This document shows positions 51,427 through 60,460 of a stretch of 64,000 nucleotides of DNA, one piece after another. The notes under the pieces were generated by a model. It saw only the letters and a program-made list of their open reading frames with translations, was not told the origin of the DNA and ran no database searches. Location of the stretch: assembly GCA_963830915.1 (NCBI GenBank), contig CAWHOE010000064.1, positions 64,001 through 128,000 on the forward strand. Reading direction: 5' to 3'. A program made the translations under genes and the position numbers. How positions within the stretch are numbered: position 1 is the stretch's first letter; every line of letters starts with the position of its first letter. The DNA is from a candidate division FCPU426 bacterium (GTDB lineage Bacteria > Oederibacteriota > Muellerivitia > Muellerivitales > Muellerivitaceae).

Positions 51427-51547
51427 ATTATGGTTTCAAGTCGAAGAAGGGTGCATGATGATGGTCATAAAAAAAGCCCTCCGAGCGGTCCTCGGAAGGC
51501 TTGGGTGATTGCTGGATTTTTCTCAGCGCTCTATGACATGACTCATA
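51427..51547 (-). promoter_or_regulatory. Two boxes (51454-51469, 51532-51547) flanking a terminator-like hairpin; -10 CATAAT at 51432-51427
   Basis: CATGAT-GATG-GTCATA with a 21-nt spacer; TATGAC-ATGA-CTCATA. Confidence 0.7.
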
Positions 51548-51557
51548 GAGCGGACCT

Positions 51558-53009
51558 TCAGGCGATGGCCGGCGTGAATCCTCCCGTCGGCAATGCGCTC
51601 ATCAGGTAATGGATCACGTCCGTGGCGCTGTAGGAAAGGCTCTCCCCTTTCAGGAAGGAGATCACTTTCCCCAGGTCGTCGCCCGAGGTGACCAGCGGTT
51701 GCTCTTGGTAACCGGTCCTTTGGTTCTGTTCCAGGCCGATGTTGGCCATCAGGCCGTTGCACAGGCACTTGCGGCCGACGGTCTCTTCCTCGTTGCCTTC
51801 CTTTTGCAGGAAGCTTTTGACCGGCTCGCTGGGACAGCGATAGCCCACCGTGCCATCCTTGCGTTTGTAAGCCGAGCGAAGATAGCTCAGGTCGCAGATG
51901 CGGGGTCTTTTTTCGTACTCTTCTTTTTCCGACAGCGTGTTTTCCAGCTTCACGACCTTGAAGGGGAACCCGGTCGGCGAGGCGACGGGATCGGTGAATA
52001 CCTCTTCCGTTCCTTTTTTCGCCCTGGCGAACACACCCTTCTTGATGATATCGGCCAAACCCGATTCGCGGCAGTAGGCAAAGACCGTCCCCACCTGGAT
52101 GCCGGCGGCGCCCGACTTCAGGGCCTCCATCAGGCGGTGCGGATCGGCGTAGGAACCGGCCAGCCAGAAAGGCAGTCCGATTTCCTTGATCTTCGCCGGG
52201 TTGACTTCGTCCTTGACCCCGTAAACAGGCTCACCCTTATCGTTAAACGTCTTTTCCCCCCGGGGCGGGGCGTTGTGCCCTCCGGCGGTGGGTCCCTCGA
52301 CCACGAATCCGTCCACATGGCCGGAGGATTTCTTGGCCAGGGTCAGGGCCAGGACCTCGGAGGCTACGATGGCGATGAATTTAGGCCTTTTCAAGGCCGG
52401 GAGTTTCACCCCCATGACCTCCAGGGGCCTGAAGAACATGCGGACATCGTCGTCCGGACCCGCTCCGTGGACATTGATCTTCTGGAAAACTTCCTCGTGG
52501 TTCACCAATTGGTCGATGATGCCGGGGATGGCCCGCGGGATGCCCGCGCCCATCAGGACGTAATCCACTCCCGCCAGCATGGAACCGTAAAGGGCCGACA
52601 GGGTCGGCATCTGGATCTTCTCCAGGTAATTGATGCCCACCACGCCGTCATGGCCTTCCTTGGCCAGGAATACCTCGGCGAAATTGGCGGCGATATTGAG
52701 TTCCAACAGTTCCTTGGAAGGGGTCATGGTGAAGGCCGGAATGGTCTTGTAGGGGTCTTTTTCCGGTTTGCCCCCAGGAACGTAGTAAGCGGCCAGGATC
52801 CTTTCGGCGATGGCCTGGTCCGGGAAGTGCTTCAGGGCACGGCGCATGGCGCCGTCCTCGTCGCCGGATTGGAGCCGGCGCGACATGATGCTGTCCAGCG
52901 CGGTGCCGGAAACCACGCCCATTTGTCCGGCCTTGGAGACCGCGTTCGCGAGCTTCCAATTGGAAACCCCCGCGCCCATGCCCCCCTGAATGATGACTGG
53001 TTCGCTCAT
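51558..53009 (-). CDS. Nitronate monooxygenase family flavoprotein (long, Cys-containing type)
   Basis: IIQGGMG, MGAGIP, EGPTAGGHN, IQVGT, SPTGFP, CLCNGL. Confidence 0.88.
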   Translation of the reverse strand: MSEPVIIQGGMGAGVSNWKLANAVSKAGQMGVVSGTALDSIMSRRLQSGDEDGAMRRALKHFPDQAIAERILAAYYVPGGKPEKDPYKTIPAFTMTPSKELLELNIAANFAEVFLAKEGHDGVVGINYLEKIQMPTLSALYGSMLAGVDYVLMGAGIPRAIPGIIDQLVNHEEVFQKINVHGAGPDDDVRMFFRPLEVMGVKLPALKRPKFIAIVASEVLALTLAKKSSGHVDGFVVEGPTAGGHNAPPRGEKTFNDKGEPVYGVKDEVNPAKIKEIGLPFWLAGSYADPHRLMEALKSGAAGIQVGTVFAYCRESGLADIIKKGVFARAKKGTEEVFTDPVASPTGFPFKVVKLENTLSEKEEYEKRPRICDLSYLRSAYKRKDGTVGYRCPSEPVKSFLQKEGNEEETVGRKCLCNGLMANIGLEQNQRTGYQEQPLVTSGDDLGKVISFLKGESLSYSATDVIHYLMSALPTGGFTPAIA

Positions 53010-53280
53010 TTTAAAAAATCTCCTTAATAAAACCGAAACGCCGGTCTCCCGGTGGGAGCCGGCGTTCTGACTTTTTTTGATTGTGCACAGGCCGCAAGGG
53101 CCCATGAATGGGGACTGATTCTTTCCGTCGTCCATAGTACCGGACGCCTTGCCTCATTGTACACCCCTCGGTTGTCGATTGTCAGCCTTGGTCCTCCGAT
53201 AAAGCCGGACTTTTCAAGGGAAGGGACAGGGACCATTGGGGAAATAGGCTTTAGATTTAACCCTTTGTGTGAAGGACCGG

Positions 53281-54096
53281 TTACTTTTTCCAGACCAGTA
53301 TCTTGAAGTCGGCCCCGCTTATCTCGCGGCAGAGGGTCTCAAAGCCCTGCGCCCGGAGCTTGTCGAGCAGTTGGAAGGGTTCCCGATTGTGGTGGACGTA
53401 AAGCACTCCCCTCTCGGCGATGGCGGGCAGGGACTCGAGGATGCGCATCAGTGGCTGGGGTGTCGGCAGGCCCCGCACATCCAGCTCGACCCTGGGATTC
53501 TGTTCCATCATCCGATCGAAAAGATCGGCCGGTGGAGGTGGAAGGATCTCCTCGCCCTTCTTGAAATAAACATTCCAAGCCCCGTCGGCGAATTCCGTAT
53601 AGCTCCTGTAACCCATCCTGCCCAGGGCGCCGTAAAGGGATTCGGGATCGGAGGAGTTGACCAAATGGAAATGCTGTCCCGGCTTGAGTTCCTGTACGGT
53701 CTTCATGATGACATGGAAGGGATCCAACCCGTTCTCGTTCATGGGCCGTACATCCAGGAATATCTCGCAAGCGGCGTTAAGGTCCTTGGCCCATTCGGGT
53801 TTGGCTTGGGCCTTGCCTTTGACCGGAGGCAGATGGGCATCGTCCGCCAGTTCACCCATTCCGTGAGGGACCTTCACCAATAAGGCCTTCCAGACCTCCG
53901 GCCCCTGCTCTTTATATTCCCAGCGGAAACGTCTTTCCCGCTCATTCAGGAGCTGATAATAGAGGGGGTGGGGATCATGGTCGAAAAGGATCTGAAGGGC
54001 TTCCCCATCCTTCAAACCATCGAAGGATTGGAGCAGGCGGCCGTAGCGGTCCTTGGGGGCCAAACTTCTCAGGTCCAACGCGTTATTGGAATTCAT
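53281..54096 (-). CDS. Triple DUF2249/SirA-like domain protein
   Basis: LDLR...DHDPHPLYYQL, LDVR...DPF, LDVRGLPTPQP...HNREP. Confidence 0.85.
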   Translation of the reverse strand: MNSNNALDLRSLAPKDRYGRLLQSFDGLKDGEALQILFDHDPHPLYYQLLNERERRFRWEYKEQGPEVWKALLVKVPHGMGELADDAHLPPVKGKAQAKPEWAKDLNAACEIFLDVRPMNENGLDPFHVIMKTVQELKPGQHFHLVNSSDPESLYGALGRMGYRSYTEFADGAWNVYFKKGEEILPPPPADLFDRMMEQNPRVELDVRGLPTPQPLMRILESLPAIAERGVLYVHHNREPFQLLDKLRAQGFETLCREISGADFKILVWKK

Positions 54097-54131
54097 ATCC
54101 TATCCTTGTGAGCCGGGAGGGTCCGGACCTT

Positions 54132-54866
54132 TCAGTCCAGGATCCCTTCCTCGGTGATCCGCTGGAAGAGGATGTTGTTTTCCAAATGGATATGCAGGTG
54201 CAAGTCATCCTCCAGCTCTTTCAGACCCCGGTAATAGGCGCGGAAAGAGGGGTCGGCCTCGGCCGGGGTCGTGAAATCACGCGTCAATCGATGTATCTCC
54301 AGCCATTCCTCCCCCGTCATCCCGTGCTCCCACATCAGCACCTGGATGGGGTGTTCTTTTTCCTTATCAGCCTTGAAGGGATCCATGAATTTCTCGCCTT
54401 TGGTTTTGGCTTCCTCGAACCGCTTGAGATAGGGAAAAACGACCTCTTCTTCCTTGGTCAAATGCCCTTCCAGTTCCCCGGCCATTTCCTTGAGCAGGAT
54501 ATCCAACCGTAACAGTTCCGGGTGCCGGGTGCCGTGGGCCCAGAGGACCTTTTCGGATAACTCCTGGAGGCGGACCAACTGGGTCCGGGTAAAAGCGTGA
54601 TGTCTTTCCAGGATATGGTCGATCAACTCCCGGATGGGTTTGCGGCTCCAAAGGATGGGAGCGTCCGGGTTGCTCATATCCTTGGCCTTTAATTTACTCA
54701 GGGATGTCATCGCCTTTTCCAGCGGAACACCCGCCAGGTCGCAGGCTTCCTTGAGGGTGCGCTGGCCCCCGCAGCAATAGTCGATCTTCAGGGAATCGAA
54801 GAGGGGGATGGCCGCTTGGATCTCGGTGGCGATATCCCCGATCGGGGTGCTCTCTTTGATCTTCAT
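54132..54866 (-). CDS. ric: Iron-sulfur cluster repair di-iron protein
   Basis: IDYCCGG, HHAFTR, HLTKEE, WEH, HIHLENNILF. Confidence 0.92.
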   Translation of the reverse strand: MKIKESTPIGDIATEIQAAIPLFDSLKIDYCCGGQRTLKEACDLAGVPLEKAMTSLSKLKAKDMSNPDAPILWSRKPIRELIDHILERHHAFTRTQLVRLQELSEKVLWAHGTRHPELLRLDILLKEMAGELEGHLTKEEEVVFPYLKRFEEAKTKGEKFMDPFKADKEKEHPIQVLMWEHGMTGEEWLEIHRLTRDFTTPAEADPSFRAYYRGLKELEDDLHLHIHLENNILFQRITEEGILD

Positions 54867-54896
54867 GCTCTCTCCTTGGATGGTTTCGACCCGACC

Positions 54897-54939
54897 ATCC
54901 TAAACATCCCCGGACCGGTCCCTGATGATTTAAGTCATA
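54897..54939 (-). promoter_or_regulatory. Box GATGAT-TTAA-GTCATA (54924-54939) plus -10 TAGGAT (54902-54897)
   Basis: Motif with a 21-nt spacer between ric and crp/fnr. Confidence 0.72.
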
Positions 54940-55019
54940 AGCATGTATTTTGGGCATTCCCGCCTGACCGTTCAAACAACGCTTTGAAGGTAGCGGACCC
55001 CCGCACTATGATGAGGCCC

Positions 55020-55685
55020 ATGAACAAGATCGAAGCCCTGAAAAAAACCGAACTGTTCGGCTCCCTGACCGCCGAGGAATTGAAAGCCCTGGCCGATTGC
55101 TGCGTCGAACATCGGTTGTCCAAGGGCGAGATACTCTTCACCGCCGGGGATGAGGCCAAGGGTCTGTACGTCATCGCCAAGGGGGCCCTAAGGGCCTATC
55201 GGGAGAACACCGAAGGCCGGGAACAGATCATCCATGTGGAAAAGGCGGGCACGACCATCGCCGAGATCCCGGTCTTCGATGACCGGCCCTACCCTTCCAC
55301 GGTCATGGCCGAGGAGGAAAGCGAGGTCCTCTATATAGGGAAACATGACGTTAAAAAGCTATGTTTGAAGTACCCCACCATCGCCCTGTCCGCCCTGAAA
55401 CTGCTTTCCGCCCGTTTGAGAAAGACCGCCGCCCTGGTGGAGTCCCTCTCCCTAAGGGAAGTAGACCAGCGCCTGGCCGCTTTCCTGCTCCAGGAGTTCA
55501 AGAGCCGGGGGAAGAAAGTGGCCTTACCGACCAACACCGTCATTGCCTCACGGGTCGGCTCGGTTCGGGAAGTGGTTTCCCGCAGTTTCGCCAAGCTGGA
55601 GGAGGAGAAGCTTATCTCGGTCGATGACCACCACATGGCGACGCTTTTGAACGAGGAAGGCCTGAGGGATTACGCGGGCGGATAG
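55020..55685 (+). CDS. Crp/Fnr family regulator (HcpR/Dnr-like)
   Basis: GEILFTAGD, GREQI, IAEIPVF, YPST, GSVREVVSR. Confidence 0.93.
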   Translation: MNKIEALKKTELFGSLTAEELKALADCCVEHRLSKGEILFTAGDEAKGLYVIAKGALRAYRENTEGREQIIHVEKAGTTIAEIPVFDDRPYPSTVMAEEESEVLYIGKHDVKKLCLKYPTIALSALKLLSARLRKTAALVESLSLREVDQRLAAFLLQEFKSRGKKVALPTNTVIASRVGSVREVVSRSFAKLEEEKLISVDDHHMATLLNEEGLRDYAGG

Positions 55686-55758
55686 TCTCTCGGATCCTAC
55701 GACAACAACTTTTCAGTTCGAGTTTAAACCGGGGAGCTATTAATATTTTGAATCTGAT

Positions 55759-58275
55759 TTACTTCTTGCCGAATTTCCCGAAAGCCCGCCAGCCGATAGA
55801 AACCACCGCTAATCCCAATGCAATCCCCCAATCCGAAAGTCTCAAAGGGACCACCTGGAAGATGGAAGCCAGGAAAGGGACCTCGATGATGACCGGCAAG
55901 CTCACCGCCACCAGCACCCACACCACCCAGAACCTAAGGGTGCGGGGGAAAGGCATGGAGAACCAGGGCTTGTCCACCGCCCTCTCCGACCAGACCAATA
56001 AAAGGCTCCCGATGATCAGGGCCGCCAACCCGGCGCTGCGGGCGTATGGGACACCCTCCGAAAGACGGGCGTGGTAAAAGGCCAGGACCGCCACGGTCAA
56101 AAGACCTCCCGACAGGGCCGAGTACCAAACATCCCCGCCAGGCAAAAGGGCGGCCTTGGGGTCGCGGGGAGGACGGCGCATCACGTCCGGTGGGGCCGGC
56201 TCCGCCTCGAAGACCAGGGCCGACACAGGATGGATGATGAGTTCCAACCACACCAGGTGGACGGGCAGAAGGAGCAAGGGCAGATCCGCCATGGGGCACA
56301 ATAGCGCCAGCCCTACGATGGGGATATGGAAAGCCAGCAGAAAAAAGAAGGACCGTTGGATGTTGGCGAAGATGCGGCGGCCTTCCCTTACGGTGGATAC
56401 GATGGCCGTGAAACTGTCGTGAAGTAGGACGATCTGGGCCGAGGACCTGGCCACTTCCGTGCCCTTCTTGCCCATAGCGATGCCGATATCGGCCAGTTTC
56501 AGGGCCGGCGCGTCGTTGATGCCGTCCCCCGCCATGGCCACGATCTCCCCCGCCGATTTCAGCGCCCCCACGATGGCGTGTTTCTGGTCGGGCCGGACGC
56601 GCGCGAAGATGGCGCCGTGGTTCACCTTCCGGGCGAATTCCTCTTTCGAGAGGTGGTCCAGATCCGGGCCGTTCAACAGGTCCTCCGGACCGTGGGCGAT
56701 GCCGGCCGCGTCGGCGATGGCGTGGGCGGTCATGAGATGGTCGCCTGAGAGGACCTTGATCTTGATGCCGGCCCTCTGGCATTCCTCCACCGCTTCCGGC
56801 ACGTCGGTCCGCAGGGGATCGCGGAAACCTAGGAAGCCGTAGAGCTTGAGCTTGGACTCATCCTTGACCCGGTCCCCGGTGAAGGACTCAGCGTCCCGGC
56901 CCGCCACCGCCAAGACCCTCATCCCTTGGGTCGCCAGCAGGGTGTTCTGTTTTTCCGCCTCTTCCCTCTCGCCTGGCGCGAACTCGCAATGTTCCAGGAT
57001 GCCCTCGAAGGCACCCTTGGCCACCAGGCGCCAATGCTTGGCGCTGGTCTTCATCTTCCAGACGTGGGACATGTGTTTGCCCACATAGTCGAAATCGAAA
57101 TCATGGACCAGTTCCCACCGGTCCAGGATGTGGGGCACGTTCACTTTCGATTCCAGCGCGTGTTCCAGGATGGCCTTTTCCATCCTGTCCTGGGGGTTAG
57201 GCTCGCAGGCCAGCACGGAAGCTTCCAGGATGGCGTTCTCGGTGAAATGGGCGGCGAAGGGCTCGTGGAAATCCAGCTGGAACTTGCCGTAGGTGAGGGT
57301 GCCCGTCTTGTCCACGCAGATGACAGTGGTGGAACCCAAGGTCTCCACACTGGCCAACCGGCGTACCAGGACCCCCTGGCTGGAAAGGCGCCAGGCGCCC
57401 AGGCTCAAGAAGAGGGTGAAAACCAGGGGAAATTCTTCCGGTACGGCCGCGATGCTCAAACTTACCGCGCTTAAGAGCGATTTATAGAAGGACATCCCCC
57501 GGAGCAGTTCCAATCCCAGGACCCCCACGGCCACGATAAGGGCCACGAAGGCCAGCTTCTTCACCAGGTCCTCGGTCTTTTTCTGGAGGGGGGTGGGCTC
57601 GGCTTCCGATTCGGAGATCAATTTGGCGATCTTGCCCAGACGGGTCCGTAATCCCGTGTTCAGGACCTCCCCGACCGCCTGGCCGGAAAGGACGGTGGAG
57701 CCCGCGAAGAATTGCTGTTCTTCTTTCCAACCCTTCTTGGGCATATGTTCCGAGGCCTTCTTGGCCACCGGCTCGGACTCACCCGTCAGTTGGGACTCAT
57801 CCACGGAGAAATTGGCGCATTCCCGGATAACCCCGTCGGCGTGCACCTTATCCCCTTCCTTAAGTAAGAGCAGGTCCCCGGGGACCAGTTGCTCGGAGGG
57901 GATCCGGATCTCCATGCTGTTCCTGATGACCTGGGCTGTGGGCGAAAGGGTTTGGGCGAGTTTTTTTAGGGCTTCCCGGGACTTGGATTCAAGCAACACA
58001 TCCACGCCCAACACGGGAACCAGGGCGATGAGAAGGATGATCCCGTCCCGGGTCTCTCCCAGAAGGAAATAGGTGGCCGAGGCCAGCACCAGCATGATGG
58101 CCATGGGGTCGGCCAGGGAACCGAGCGCTTCCTTGAGGCGGGTGTGTTTTTCCTCTTTTTTGAGGTGGTTAGGCCCGTAGACGCCCAGTCGATGGGCGGC
58201 CTCAGCGGAGAGTAATCCCCGCCATTGACCTGACGCGTTTTTTGTTGTCGCGACCAAAGTCGCCTCGATGTTCAA
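55759..58275 (-). CDS. P-type cation-transporting ATPase (P2-like)
   Basis: TGES, PEEF, DKTGT, GDGINDAP. Confidence 0.95.
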   Translation of the reverse strand: MNIEATLVATTKNASGQWRGLLSAEAAHRLGVYGPNHLKKEEKHTRLKEALGSLADPMAIMLVLASATYFLLGETRDGIILLIALVPVLGVDVLLESKSREALKKLAQTLSPTAQVIRNSMEIRIPSEQLVPGDLLLLKEGDKVHADGVIRECANFSVDESQLTGESEPVAKKASEHMPKKGWKEEQQFFAGSTVLSGQAVGEVLNTGLRTRLGKIAKLISESEAEPTPLQKKTEDLVKKLAFVALIVAVGVLGLELLRGMSFYKSLLSAVSLSIAAVPEEFPLVFTLFLSLGAWRLSSQGVLVRRLASVETLGSTTVICVDKTGTLTYGKFQLDFHEPFAAHFTENAILEASVLACEPNPQDRMEKAILEHALESKVNVPHILDRWELVHDFDFDYVGKHMSHVWKMKTSAKHWRLVAKGAFEGILEHCEFAPGEREEAEKQNTLLATQGMRVLAVAGRDAESFTGDRVKDESKLKLYGFLGFRDPLRTDVPEAVEECQRAGIKIKVLSGDHLMTAHAIADAAGIAHGPEDLLNGPDLDHLSKEEFARKVNHGAIFARVRPDQKHAIVGALKSAGEIVAMAGDGINDAPALKLADIGIAMGKKGTEVARSSAQIVLLHDSFTAIVSTVREGRRIFANIQRSFFFLLAFHIPIVGLALLCPMADLPLLLLPVHLVWLELIIHPVSALVFEAEPAPPDVMRRPPRDPKAALLPGGDVWYSALSGGLLTVAVLAFYHARLSEGVPYARSAGLAALIIGSLLLVWSERAVDKPWFSMPFPRTLRFWVVWVLVAVSLPVIIEVPFLASIFQVVPLRLSDWGIALGLAVVSIGWRAFGKFGKK

Positions 58276-58293
58276 GGAGTTGAATGGGTCATT

Positions 58294-58336
58294 ATTCCAA
58301 CGCTTTTACCGCTCCTTGGAAATGACCCCTGTCATA
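58294..58336 (-). promoter_or_regulatory. Box AATGAC-CCCT-GTCATA (58321-58336) plus -10-like TGGAAT (58299-58294)
   Basis: Motif with a 21-nt spacer upstream of the ATPase. Confidence 0.65.
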
Positions 58337-58509
58337 CAAGGATCTAGCGTAAATGGAAAAAGAGGAGGCCGTTAGTAAATTCAGGGTTACTCTTGGCTTA
58401 TAAATAAAGTATCCCGAGATGATCGCCTTATAAACATCTCGATGGGAATTCCTTGCCAGGTCCTTGGTTTCCAGTGGGAAACTTTTTATTGCCGTGAAGC
58501 GAGCCGCCT

Positions 58510-58552
58510 TATGACTGTTGTCATAGATGATATTGACGCCGATGGATACATT
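58510..58552 (+). promoter_or_regulatory. Box TATGAC-TGTT-GTCATA (58510-58525) plus -10 TACATT (58547-58552)
   Basis: Perfect palindrome with a 21-nt spacer. Confidence 0.75.
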
Positions 58553-58599
58553 GCGTTCGTTCCGTTGGATATGTATACATGGAAACAAAGGGGAGAAAG

Positions 58600-59700
58600 A
58601 TGGAAGGCTCAAGCATGCGCGATCACGAAAAATTCCCGCAGAACCTGTACGCCGACCGGCCCTTCCTGGCCATCTGGGAAGTCACCCGCGCCTGCGACCT
58701 GGCCTGCGTCCATTGCCGGGCCTCGGCCGAATCCAAACGCTTCCCCGAGGAGCTGGATACCCAACAGGCCCTGGACCTGATCCGCCAGGTCGCCGAATGG
58801 AAAGTGCCTCTCTTCGTCATGACCGGCGGGGATCCCATGAAACGGGACGATATCAACCTGCTGGTCGCTGAGTGCGCCAATCGCAAGATGAATTTCGCCA
58901 TGGCCCCCTCCGTAACTCCCCTCTTGACCTTGGACCGCTTGAAGGAACTTCGGGACGCCGGCGTGCATCGTATTTCCCTTTCGCTGGACGGCGCCGACGC
59001 CGCCACCCATGACGCCTTTCGGGGCATTCCCGGCACTTACGCCAGGTTCCTGGAGGCTTCCCAGCAGATCCGGGACTTAGGCATCCATCTTCAGATCAAC
59101 ACCACCATCGCCCGCCACAACATGGGCCAGATCCGCGAGATGGCCCAGGTCATCCGGGATTTTTCCATCGACCTCTGGTCGGTCTTCTTCCTGGTGCCCA
59201 CGGGCAGAGCCGTCAAGAACCAGGCCTTGAACGCCGTGGAGACCGAGGCCGCCTTGAACCAGTTGTTCGATATCCTTCAAGAAGGCTGGTTCGACATCAA
59301 GACCACCGAGGCCCATCATTTCCGCCGGATCATCCTCCAGCGCAACGGGGTCACCCCGGAACAACTCTATAGCGGGGCCATCCAGAACCCGGCCCCCAGC
59401 CTGATCCGGGCGGCCAGGGGGGTCAGCGATGGTCGGGGTTTCGTGTTCATCTCCCATACCGGGGATGTCTGCCCCAGCGGGTTCCTGCCCATCCCCGCCG
59501 GGAGTGTCAAACAACGTCCCTTGGCCGATATCTACCAGAACAGCGAGTTGTTCAAGACTCTCAGGAACGCCGACGCCCTCCAGGGCAAATGCGGAAGATG
59601 CGAATACCGTTTCCTTTGCGGCGGGTCCAGGGCCAGGGGATACGCCATGACGGGAAATGTCATGGGGGCTGACCCCTTCTGCGCCTACCAACCAGCCTAA
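58600..59700 (+). CDS. Radical SAM/SPASM protein (NirJ/Ahb-like, TIGR04053-like)
   Basis: WEVTRACDLACVHCRA, TGGDP, CPSGF, CGRCEYRFLCGGSRAR, DPFC. Confidence 0.9.
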   Translation: MEGSSMRDHEKFPQNLYADRPFLAIWEVTRACDLACVHCRASAESKRFPEELDTQQALDLIRQVAEWKVPLFVMTGGDPMKRDDINLLVAECANRKMNFAMAPSVTPLLTLDRLKELRDAGVHRISLSLDGADAATHDAFRGIPGTYARFLEASQQIRDLGIHLQINTTIARHNMGQIREMAQVIRDFSIDLWSVFFLVPTGRAVKNQALNAVETEAALNQLFDILQEGWFDIKTTEAHHFRRIILQRNGVTPEQLYSGAIQNPAPSLIRAARGVSDGRGFVFISHTGDVCPSGFLPIPAGSVKQRPLADIYQNSELFKTLRNADALQGKCGRCEYRFLCGGSRARGYAMTGNVMGADPFCAYQPA

Positions 59701-59786
59701 ATCAAACTATTTTTGAACGGGTTTATGGAATAAGGCCTTATTGTTTTTTGTCTCAGTGGAAGCCAGCGAAAAAAAGGGGGGAAATA

Positions 59787-59898
59787 AAAAAGCCCTGGGT
59801 AGGGGAGCCACCCAGGGCGTGGAGGCGATTCTTTTCTTACCACGCCGGGTTTGACCCCGCTGACACCTCATTGGTGCCATGTAAAGAACCACCTGCCG
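59787..59898 (-). ncRNA. Candidate ~110-nt small RNA
   Basis: Box 59932-59947, -10 TATATT 59910-59905, terminator gccctgggt/acccagggc plus T5. Confidence 0.4.
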
Positions 59899-60071
59899 AA
59901 TGTGAATATACGGCCACCTAGTGCCGTTTTATATGATTTAAATCACCTTTCAAAAAAATTAGGCCCGTGATGTTTTTGGCTATTTACCTAACATTTAACA
60001 ATCCCGTTGAGAGTCAGGCTCAACAAACGGAGTGGTAAAAAAAGAACCCAAAAAAGAGACGGAGAGAAATT

Positions 60072-60239
60072 TTATTTTCCCTTCAGATGCTTTTCCGCCT
60101 CGATCCAATCGGCCATGGGATCGCCATGAGGGCATCCCCGCTCCAGCCATTTGTAATAAGCCGCCATCTCAAGTTCTTCCTGGGTCAATTCTTTCTTCCC
60201 CTTGGGAGCAACTTCCTTTTCCTTCTTCTTGATAGCCAT
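60072..60239 (-). CDS. DUF2934-like small protein (55 aa)
   Basis: Not in ORF track; RBS AGGAGG; MAIKKKEKEVAPKGKKELTQEELEMAAYYKWLERGCPHGDPMADWIEAEKHLKGK; box variant 60299-60314 with -10 TAAATT at a 21-nt spacer. Confidence 0.85.
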   Translation of the reverse strand: MAIKKKEKEVAPKGKKELTQEELEMAAYYKWLERGCPHGDPMADWIEAEKHLKGK

Positions 60240-60460
60240 AGGTCCTCCTGAATGATCACGAACTGATTTTTAATTTACTCTGGAGGTATGGCGTTCCTTA
60301 TGACCTAGCTCAGGTTACATCCTTACCCTTAGCCGCCCCTCGGCGTTTTAAGCCTTATTTTGTGCTAATTATCGGTAAAAACCACTTCCTACCCTTGTTT
60401 CCCAAACATCCCTTTCCCATGATGGCGTTCGTACATTCATTTCCATCAAGGAGCAAAAAC

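Noticed and set aside
53171..53186. Additional TATGAC box upstream of the nitronate monooxygenase gene
   Set aside because: Poor match and no -10 at the 21-nt spacing; better explained as the -35 of a CTGACA...TACAAT promoter
59707..59892. 61-aa minus-strand ORF
   Set aside because: No RBS and it runs through a terminator; more likely non-coding
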